A stretch of DNA of 10,765 nt, from positions 1 through 10,765 of the forward strand of contig CAZAPD010000041.1 in the NCBI GenBank assembly GCA_964487115.1. Direction: 5' to 3'. This DNA comes from an uncultured Thermococci archaeon (lineage in GTDB: Archaea > Methanobacteriota_B > Thermococci > Thermococcales > Thermococcaceae). Each line of letters starts with the position of its first letter. The stretch's first letter is position 1. This document shows, piece after piece, positions 1 through 6,390 of the stretch. The position numbers and the translations under genes are program-made. The notes below the pieces were generated by a model. The model was not told the DNA's origin and made no database searches. It worked only from the letters and a program-made list of their open reading frames with translations.

Positions 1-260
1 AAGGCAATCAAGGAGCTTAGCTTGTCCACTTCATATACAATACCAATTGGGGCAACCCACTTGCCAAAAGTATAAACTAATGGAGTGCTTGAAGAGTAAG
101 CCAACTGGAAGAGCTTGAAAGTGCTAATTAAAGTTAAACCAGTTCCAATTAGAGCGTAAGCTTGAACAATTTTCCTATTCCCCTTGATGAGGATTGAGAA
201 TAATGGTAGTGCGAATGCAAAGACGATTGGAATGATTGGAGTTAAGCCGACTACGTTCAT
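1..260 (-). CDS. mnhD: Mrp/Mnh Na+/H+ antiporter subunit D (MbhH/MrpD-like), 5' part only; runs off the left window edge
   Basis: Not in the ORF track; translated by hand. ATG at 260-258 preceded by GAGGTGGTGAAAG. Open frame to the edge: MNVVGLTPIIPIVFAFALPLFSILIKGNRKIVQAYALIGTGLTLISTFKLFQLAYSSSTPLVYTFGKWVAPIGIVYEVDKLSSLIA. The GxWxAPxGI...D motif is typical of MrpD N-termini, and the gene follows mnhE. Confidence 0.88.
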   Translation of the reverse strand, partial: MNVVGLTPIIPIVFAFALPLFSILIKGNRKIVQAYALIGTGLTLISTFKLFQLAYSSSTPLVYTFGKWVAPIGIVYEVDKLSSLIA

Positions 261-271
261 CTTTCACCACC

Positions 272-757
272 TCATTCAAAGATTTTCTCAGCATACTTCT
301 CAAAATCCCCACAAATCTCCCTCTTCGCCTTCTCTGGATCTTCCGTTGTAACGTTAATCCAGTTTACGTACATGTATTTGTCATCCAAGTCAACTACGAC
401 AGTTCCTGGCGTATTTGTTATGGAGTTTGCGATGAGCATCTTCGCATAATCTGTCTTCACTTCAATTGGCACTTTAACAATTCCAGGCTCGTACTTTCCG
501 CTGATTATCCTTGCCATGACATCCAAGTGTGCTTTCACTTCAGCAACAAGCATGTACCAGATGAAGTAAATTACAGCCCAAAGCCACCGGACTGGATTTA
601 ACGCCTTGGCATCACTCTGAACAAGGTATTTTCCAACAAGCAAGCCAACGCCAATGGCAACAATTAACCCCGTAACTAAATCAAATGGCTTTGTTGAGCC
701 CGTGAAGAGGATGTAGGTGATGAAAGTTAGTATTGCCGTGGGAATTACTCCCCTCAT
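272..757 (-). CDS. mnhE: Mrp/Mnh Na+/H+ antiporter subunit E (MbhA-like), 161 aa
   Basis: Hydrophobic N-terminus, then the MrpE motifs PGIVKVP and LIANSITNTPGTVVVD. ATGA overlap with mnhC at 754-757. Confidence 0.93.
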   Translation of the reverse strand: MRGVIPTAILTFITYILFTGSTKPFDLVTGLIVAIGVGLLVGKYLVQSDAKALNPVRWLWAVIYFIWYMLVAEVKAHLDVMARIISGKYEPGIVKVPIEVKTDYAKMLIANSITNTPGTVVVDLDDKYMYVNWINVTTEDPEKAKREICGDFEKYAEKIFE

Positions 758-1158
758 TGCTCGCCACCCCCAAGCATTTTATTCTGAAGCTCTCCAGCGT
801 CAACTGTTCCGTACAAGCGGTAGATTTGGACTATGGCAAATGCAATGAGTACGTTTACAGCCATTCCAATGACGACTGCCGTAATTACCAAAGCTTGGGG
901 CAGAGGATCAACTGCCGTCGCAACGAATTGTTTTAACGCTTCTTTTGAGAGTGAGGGCAATATTGGTGGTGCTACTGGATAAATCAATCTGTAACCCAGC
1001 AAAACTACAATCAGATTTGCTGTATCGCCGAAGATTGTCAGTGCAATGAGTTTTTTAACCAAATTAGGCCTCCTCGCAATTCCATAAAGGCTTATCACGA
1101 TTGTTGCAATCAGGGATAATATGATGACTGCCCAAATGAATGTTATCACATCATTCAT
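754..1158 (-). CDS. mnhC: Mrp/Mnh Na+/H+ antiporter subunit C (MbhG/NuoK-like), 134 aa
   Basis: Three TM segments, NLVKKLIAL, and the MrpC signature DPLPQALVITAVVIG. RBS GGAGGGAGG. Confidence 0.95.
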   Translation of the reverse strand: MNDVITFIWAVIILSLIATIVISLYGIARRPNLVKKLIALTIFGDTANLIVVLLGYRLIYPVAPPILPSLSKEALKQFVATAVDPLPQALVITAVVIGMAVNVLIAFAIVQIYRLYGTVDAGELQNKMLGGGEQ

Positions 1159-1921
1159 GAGCCTCCCTCCTCAAGAACTTCCTGAACACGCTTTCCGGAA
1201 TTGCTAAGAGCAAGAATACTGCTGTAAACCCAGCGCCAACTGCTAAGAATTCGAAGAAGTTGTAATAAATCAGTGAACCACTTACAAGTTGTCCTCCAAT
1301 CTCAGCTGGAAAGATTGGCTGGTTCTGCATTATGTAGCCGCCGCTAAGGAGCGGGACTAATGCTACGAGAGCAATTCCTAAGAGACCAATGGAACGGAGG
1401 ATTAATGCCCTAGTCTTGTCCAAACCATGCTCTTCTAAAGCATACTTGGAGTAAGCTGCTATTATCAGCAGGGGAGCAACTGCCAGTGCCGAACCACCCT
1501 GGAAACCACCACCGGGAGTCAAGTGACCATGCAATGCTATTGAAGCCGAAACAGCCAAAATCATGGCTACAATAATTTTTGTCACTGACTTGATTACTAA
1601 AGTTAAACCACCACTGAATTCCTCCGTCTTCTGTTTCGCTTCTTTTTCTTGCTTTTTGTTTAATCTGAAGAGCGTTAAGCTCCCAATGATTGCGAGGAAG
1701 AATACTGAGGTCTCAAAGAGAGTATCAACACCACGATAATCCCAAAGGATTGAAGTTACAACTTCTGGGCTTTTGGCAGAATAATCACCAAAATAACTGT
1801 TCTCCAAGTAGAATTTACCCAATGGCCTAACGTCAGTTTGTGGAGTAAGCTTTGGTGTTATGAGGTAAGCACCGATGAAGATGATTGCCAAAATTAGTGC
1901 GAGTGGAAGTAGTTTCCTCAT
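1151..1921 (-). CDS. mnhB: Mrp/Mnh antiporter subunit B, long form (MrpA C-terminal/MbhE-like domain fused to MrpB/MbhF-like domain), 256 aa
   Basis: N-half has VVTSILWDYRGVDTLFE (MrpA-C/MbhE motif). C-half has GHLTPGGGFQGG (MrpB motif). The start abuts the upstream stop (TAAATG); RBS GAGGTGG. Confidence 0.92.
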   Translation of the reverse strand: MRKLLPLALILAIIFIGAYLITPKLTPQTDVRPLGKFYLENSYFGDYSAKSPEVVTSILWDYRGVDTLFETSVFFLAIIGSLTLFRLNKKQEKEAKQKTEEFSGGLTLVIKSVTKIIVAMILAVSASIALHGHLTPGGGFQGGSALAVAPLLIIAAYSKYALEEHGLDKTRALILRSIGLLGIALVALVPLLSGGYIMQNQPIFPAEIGGQLVSGSLIYYNFFEFLAVGAGFTAVFLLLAIPESVFRKFLRREAHE

Positions 1922-2176
1922 TTAAACCACCTCGTAGCGGGTTGTTTTACTTACTACAAACACAAGCAATGCCGTATAAATTCCCACAGCTATTGCTACA
2001 TAAGCTAGGACGATGTCTGGCGCCATGAGGATGTAGAATGCAATGGCGTAGGCAATAGCTTGGACTGCTGAAAAACCAATGGCTTTAAGCAAGTCTTTTT
2101 CAATGATTGCCAAGTAGGAGAAGATTAATCCAATGATTACTGTGATGAGGAGCATTAGTAAGTGTATTTCAATCAT
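1922..2176 (-). CDS. Small membrane subunit of the Mrp module, DUF4040/MbhD-like, 84 aa
   Basis: Three TM helices with KDLLKAI and LMAPDIVLAYVAI, matching the APD(V/I)AL-type motif of DUF4040/MbhD. RBS GAGGTGA; 8-nt overlap with mnhG. Confidence 0.85.
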   Translation of the reverse strand: MIEIHLLMLLITVIIGLIFSYLAIIEKDLLKAIGFSAVQAIAYAIAFYILMAPDIVLAYVAIAVGIYTALLVFVVSKTTRYEVV

Positions 2177-2528
2177 TCTCCCTCACCTCTGCCAAGTGAT
2201 TCACCTTAGGCTCCCACTTGACGATTTTAGCCTTATGAGCAGCATAAGCCAAAGCATGCGCTCCCGCTGGTGCTGCCAAGAGGACTATAACTCCAGTAAC
2301 AAAACTGGCTCCCGCAATGGCGTACTTGTTTGGAAGGAAATCAGAGCCTAATGCGAGAAAACCAACACCAAACAATGGTACTACTGCTCCCCCAATGGTA
2401 CCAACAGTCGCAGCATGCAGTCTAACGTAAAAGTTCGGGAACTTTAATAGTCCGAGAGCGCCAAAAAGATCGCAGATGCCGCCAATGATTATCATGATTG
2501 CCCCAATGTAGAAGAGGACTTCGTTCAT
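2169..2528 (-). CDS. mnhG: Mrp/Mnh Na+/H+ antiporter subunit G (MbhC-like), 119 aa
   Basis: MrpG motifs GALGLLKFPNFYVRLHAAT and APAGAHALAYAA. Start moved from 2588 (ORF track) to the ATG at 2528, which has RBS GGAGGTGG and an ATGA overlap with mnhF. Confidence 0.93.
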   Translation of the reverse strand: MNEVLFYIGAIMIIIGGICDLFGALGLLKFPNFYVRLHAATVGTIGGAVVPLFGVGFLALGSDFLPNKYAIAGASFVTGVIVLLAAPAGAHALAYAAHKAKIVKWEPKVNHLAEVREND

Positions 2529-2809
2529 GCTCCCACCTCCCTGCTGACCAAGTGTTTGGCAATGTAAATGTCTAACAAGTAAGCCCACAATGCCAGTGTT
2601 ATTGCTGCACTAATAAGAAATGCCGATTTAAAGTAAACTGCAAGGATCGCCATGAATGCAGCAATATCAAAACTCATACAGTCAACTGCTAGGATTATAT
2701 CAACTATCGTCGGGCCCTTAAAAGCCCTAATTGCATAAATGATGAACGCTAATAAATAAAGCGGAATAACAAACTTCATCAAAAGAAAAAACTGACTCTC
2801 AAGGCTCAT
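2525..2809 (-). CDS. mnhF: Mrp/Mnh Na+/H+ antiporter subunit F (MbhB-like), 94 aa
   Basis: Three TM helices and the MrpF motif RAFKGPTIVDIILAVD. ATGA overlap with the hydrogenase small subunit at 2806-2809. Confidence 0.93.
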   Translation of the reverse strand: MSLESQFFLLMKFVIPLYLLAFIIYAIRAFKGPTIVDIILAVDCMSFDIAAFMAILAVYFKSAFLISAAITLALWAYLLDIYIAKHLVSREVGA

Positions 2810-3381
2810 TCATCTCCCCCTCCATCTGTTTTAACTGTTATGTTCGGAACAAAGTGCCTTGTCTCCTTTGCTTCTCCAAAGAGAATTTCAACTATGTCTC
2901 TCTCTGTCTTCTCGTCGAGCTCTTCGATGTAAATTTCTCTCTTCTGCTTCTGCTTTACTAAGCCTCTTGCCATTGCTACAGCATAGATTATTGCTTCTGG
3001 CTTAGGAGGACAGCCTGGAATGTAAATTGTCGTGGGAGGCTCAATGCCATACTCCTCCTTGAGAATTTTGTAAAGCTCTTTCACGCCCCCAATTACTGCA
3101 TAGGTGTCGTACCATATTCCTCCACCGCAAGCACAGGAGCCAATAGCTAAGACTATCTTCGGCTCTGGAACTGCTTTAAATGCTTCAATGACCTTTGGCA
3201 AGCACTCCCTTGTGACCGGACCCGTAAAAGCTATCGCATCAGCATGCCTTGGTGAGCCAACGAGCTTAATTCCAAACCTTTCAACGTCTTGCTTGGGAGC
3301 GAATATGTTGAGTATTTCAATGTCACAACCATTACAGCTTCCGCTGTTTAAGTGAAAAACCCATAAACTCTTCTCAAACAT
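2806..3381 (-). CDS. hycG: Group 4 [NiFe]-hydrogenase small subunit (HycG/NuoB-like; Mch), 191 aa
   Basis: Proximal [4Fe-4S] ligands in SCNGCDIE, GSCACGGG and PGCPP; also SPRHAD. Start moved from 3402 to the ATG at 3381 (MFEKSLW), preceded by AGGTGGTGGAGG, with an 8-nt overlap with the upstream gene. Confidence 0.95.
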   Translation of the reverse strand: MFEKSLWVFHLNSGSCNGCDIEILNIFAPKQDVERFGIKLVGSPRHADAIAFTGPVTRECLPKVIEAFKAVPEPKIVLAIGSCACGGGIWYDTYAVIGGVKELYKILKEEYGIEPPTTIYIPGCPPKPEAIIYAVAMARGLVKQKQKREIYIEELDEKTERDIVEILFGEAKETRHFVPNITVKTDGGGDE

Positions 3382-3892
3382 ATCCTCCACCACCTTTTGC
3401 AAAGATCAATCTCTCAGAAATTCTCTTAGCCCTACATTCTGGGCACAAGAACATCATCTCCCTCTCCCAAGGCTGAAGTTCCTTCGCTGAGTAAAGCAAA
3501 TGCCTAAAGGTGTCAAATGGTCTGCCACATTCTTCACAGCGAACCATTTGTAGTTCAACAAACTGGTGAAGGTCTTCCTCGGAGAGAGTTGCCAATTCAA
3601 ATTCTTTTGTGAGCTTTATTGCTCCAGTGGGACACACATCTTGACAGCGAGCACAGAAGATGCACCTTCCTATGAAGAGATGAACTACTCTAACTCCCCT
3701 CTCCAAGTCATCATAAACCTGCAGTGCTTGAGGAGGACAGGCATTTGAGCATGATGTACATCCAATGCATTTTTCTGGGTCGATTACAGGTTTCCCTCTA
3801 AAGCCCTCTGGGACTTCAAGCGGGACAAAAGGATACTTCTCTGTCACTCTTCCAATGCTTATAGCCTTGGCAATAAGCTTAAACCTTCCCAT
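3374..3892 (-). CDS. hycF: Hydrogenase 2x[4Fe-4S] ferredoxin-like subunit (HycF/NuoI-like; Mch), 172 aa
   Basis: TEKYP...GFRGKP N-terminus, two CxxCxxCxxxCP motifs (CIGCTSCSNACP, CIFCARCQDVCP), and extra C-terminal CEEC and CPEC. RBS AAGGAGG. Confidence 0.95.
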   Translation of the reverse strand: MGRFKLIAKAISIGRVTEKYPFVPLEVPEGFRGKPVIDPEKCIGCTSCSNACPPQALQVYDDLERGVRVVHLFIGRCIFCARCQDVCPTGAIKLTKEFELATLSEEDLHQFVELQMVRCEECGRPFDTFRHLLYSAKELQPWEREMMFLCPECRAKRISERLIFAKGGGGYV

Positions 3893-3895
3893 TGC

Positions 3896-5506
3896 TCACA
3901 GCCTCCTTAGATAATCATCAAGAGAGCATCTACAAACTTTTTCTCCGTCAACAATAACCATATGGTCTGTACATGAGAAACATGGGTCTATTGAGGCTAT
4001 TATTATTGGTGCATCTGCTAATTTTTCTCCCATGAGCATTATTGGAACTGCAGGCAAGTTGTTGTAGGTCGGCGCTCTGGGACGCCATCTGTAAACTTTG
4101 TTGCCGCCCTCAGTAATTACAAAGTGCACATCTTCTCCTCTTGGAGCTTCAGTTGCTCCAATGCCATGGGCATATTCTGGGAGCTCATAATTCTCGTTTA
4201 GAATATCTCCTGGTGGTAGTTGATCTAAAGCTTGCTCAATTATCCAAAAGCTTTCAAATGTCTCTTCATACCTCACTAAGAACCTCGCGAGAACATCTCC
4301 ATCTTTATAGACGGGCACTTTGAAGTCCAAGTCTCCATAAGCAGCGTATGGGTGGTCTCTCCTTACATCGGTGTCAATACCAGAAGCCCTTGCAACTGGC
4401 CCAACTACTCCTATCTCTCTTCCTTCATTCTTTGGTAGAACTCCAATTCCCTCCATCCTGCTTATGAGCTCCTTCATTCCAGCAGCATTGTCAAGAACTT
4501 CTTTTGTGTCCTTTTTTGTTCTTTCAAGAATCTCAAGCACTTTTCTCTTCTTTTCCTCATCAATATCTCTCCTCACTCCACCGATGAGATTCATTCCATA
4601 GGTTTTCCTATTTCCAGTCAAAAGCTCTGCCAAATCCATAAACGCCTCCCTTATACGCCATGTGTGCATGAATCCAGAGTCAAAGCCGAGTAAATGAAAA
4701 GCAACACCAAACCAGAGCAAGTGTGAATGCAGTCTTTCAAGCTCAAGGAGTATAGTCCTTATGTAGAGCGCTCTCTCTGGGACTTCAATCTTAGCGGCAT
4801 CTTCAACAGCTTGAGCGTAGGCACAGTTGTGGGTGTAGCCGCAAATTCCACAAATCCTCTCAGCTAAGAATGGAATCTGATTTATCGTCATCCTTTCCTC
4901 TGCCAGCTTTTCCATTCCTCTGTGAACGTGAAATCCTCTGTAGACTGCTCCAACTATCTCTTCCCCTTTAACATGAAGCTCAAAAACCTCTGGCTCGTGA
5001 AGGGTAGGGTGATAGGGCCCTACTGGAACCTCCATGATCCCGGGCTTTTTCTCTCTTTTTCGCTTGAACTCAACTTTTGGAGGCCTTTCATTGTAGTGGA
5101 ACTCTTTTCTGAGCGGATAAACACCTTCAGGCCAATCATCAGGCAGAATAAGCCTCAAGGGTTCTGGATGTTCATCAAAGAAAATCCCCACCATATCCAT
5201 TGCTTCTCTTTCAGCCCAATTTGCACCACTTATAACTGGCGTAATTGAAGGAATCTTCAAGTTACTTGCGACTGCTTTGAGGATTATGTATCTCTTTTCA
5301 GCCTCACAGTTGAAGATATGATACATTGAAAATCCTACACCCAGTAAGCGTTCATCAACACCAACCCCTGTTGCATAATAACAGCCCGCTTTGAAAAGCA
5401 ACTCTGCAGTAGTCCTGAGCTTATCATTCGGCACTTGAGCAAGGATTACTTTCTCATCATGCCTGAGAATTTTAGCATCATTTCCTTTCAAAATTTCAAT
5501 TATCAC
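3896..5506 (-). CDS. hycE: Group 4 [NiFe]-hydrogenase large catalytic subunit (HycE-like NuoC+NuoD fusion; Mch), about 536 aa
   Basis: NuoC-like N-domain (WAEREAMDMVGIFF..HP..RLILPDDWP..YPLRK), GPYHPTLHEP, L1 motif RICGIC (4858-4841), EAPRGE, and L2 motif DPCFSCTDH (3988-3962) followed by a 21-aa tail. Likely start is the GTG at 5506, 2 nt after the upstream stop and preceded by GGGGTGG; the ORF track start is 5536. Confidence 0.96.
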   Translation of the reverse strand: MIIEILKGNDAKILRHDEKVILAQVPNDKLRTTAELLFKAGCYYATGVGVDERLLGVGFSMYHIFNCEAEKRYIILKAVASNLKIPSITPVISGANWAEREAMDMVGIFFDEHPEPLRLILPDDWPEGVYPLRKEFHYNERPPKVEFKRKREKKPGIMEVPVGPYHPTLHEPEVFELHVKGEEIVGAVYRGFHVHRGMEKLAEERMTINQIPFLAERICGICGYTHNCAYAQAVEDAAKIEVPERALYIRTILLELERLHSHLLWFGVAFHLLGFDSGFMHTWRIREAFMDLAELLTGNRKTYGMNLIGGVRRDIDEEKKRKVLEILERTKKDTKEVLDNAAGMKELISRMEGIGVLPKNEGREIGVVGPVARASGIDTDVRRDHPYAAYGDLDFKVPVYKDGDVLARFLVRYEETFESFWIIEQALDQLPPGDILNENYELPEYAHGIGATEAPRGEDVHFVITEGGNKVYRWRPRAPTYNNLPAVPIMLMGEKLADAPIIIASIDPCFSCTDHMVIVDGEKVCRCSLDDYLRRL

Positions 5507-5508
5507 AG

Positions 5509-6390
5509 TTACCACCCCACCAAGGCTATGATCCACACAACCAAAGCTATAGCAGAAAGCTTTTTCATCAGCTTGACAGCTTGGTCAATCCTGAATCTTC
5601 CATAGTAAGCTTCGAATGTCGAATAAACCACTGAAAGAATTATTATGCCAATGAGATAACCAATGAGTCTTGTTGTGTTCTGAACTGGAAGGATGAAGTT
5701 CAAAAGCAAGCTGTAAAGGAGAAGGCGCTTCAGGAACATTGAATACTCAAGTAAACCGAGATGTTTTCCACTGTATTCGATTAGAGGACCCTCAATTATT
5801 TCAGGTTCAGCTTCGGCAATATCAAAGGGTAATCTGGCACTTGCAACGTATATCACAATGAAAAGCAAAATTAATGTAAGAGCTGATGAAATCCTCAAAG
5901 GCAACGGGAACAGTTGCTCAAAACTCAAGCTTTTGCCTATTACAGCTATCGTACCTATGATGAAAGCCAAGAGCAGTTCTTCACTCATAAAGAGGGAAAT
6001 CTCTCTGTTTGAGCCTATCTGGGCATAAGGATTTCCTGAGGAAAATGCCCCGATGACAAAGCTCAAAGTTGCCAAGCCAAGAAGATAAACTACGACTATA
6101 AAATCCCCAATGAAGTTTATTGAGCTAGGCAGGAGAGTTGGAATTATTAAGTAAGCCGTCAAAACGGCTGTGAAAGTCATGTAAGGAGTAAGCTTGTAAA
6201 GGGAGTTAACAGAATCTTGAGGTTCAATTGTAGGTCTCTTGAAAAGCTTTATCAAATCCCACCATGTCTGGAGTATTGGTGGCCCCTGTCTGTTCTGCAA
6301 ACGTGCTCTGATTTTCCTCTCAAAACCATCTATTACTGGGGCAATAAGCAGAGCGAATGCCAAGTTGACTGCTATGAAAATGATGCTCAT
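5509..6390 (-). CDS. hycD: Hydrogenase membrane anchor subunit (HycD/HyfC/NuoH-like; Mch), 293 aa
   Basis: NuoH-family motifs ERKIRARLQNRQGPP, RLPFDIAEAEPEIIEGPLIEYSG and GRFRIDQ; multiple TM helices. ATGA overlap at 6387-6390. Confidence 0.95.
   Translation of the reverse strand: MSIIFIAVNLAFALLIAPVIDGFERKIRARLQNRQGPPILQTWWDLIKLFKRPTIEPQDSVNSLYKLTPYMTFTAVLTAYLIIPTLLPSSINFIGDFIVVVYLLGLATLSFVIGAFSSGNPYAQIGSNREISLFMSEELLLAFIIGTIAVIGKSLSFEQLFPLPLRISSALTLILLFIVIYVASARLPFDIAEAEPEIIEGPLIEYSGKHLGLLEYSMFLKRLLLYSLLLNFILPVQNTTRLIGYLIGIIILSVVYSTFEAYYGRFRIDQAVKLMKKLSAIALVVWIIALVGW

Noticed and set aside
1683..2510. Recurring short CCAATGATT-like words
   Set aside because: They are irregularly spaced and explained by Ile/Gly-rich codons in membrane helices; this is not a repeat array or CRISPR.
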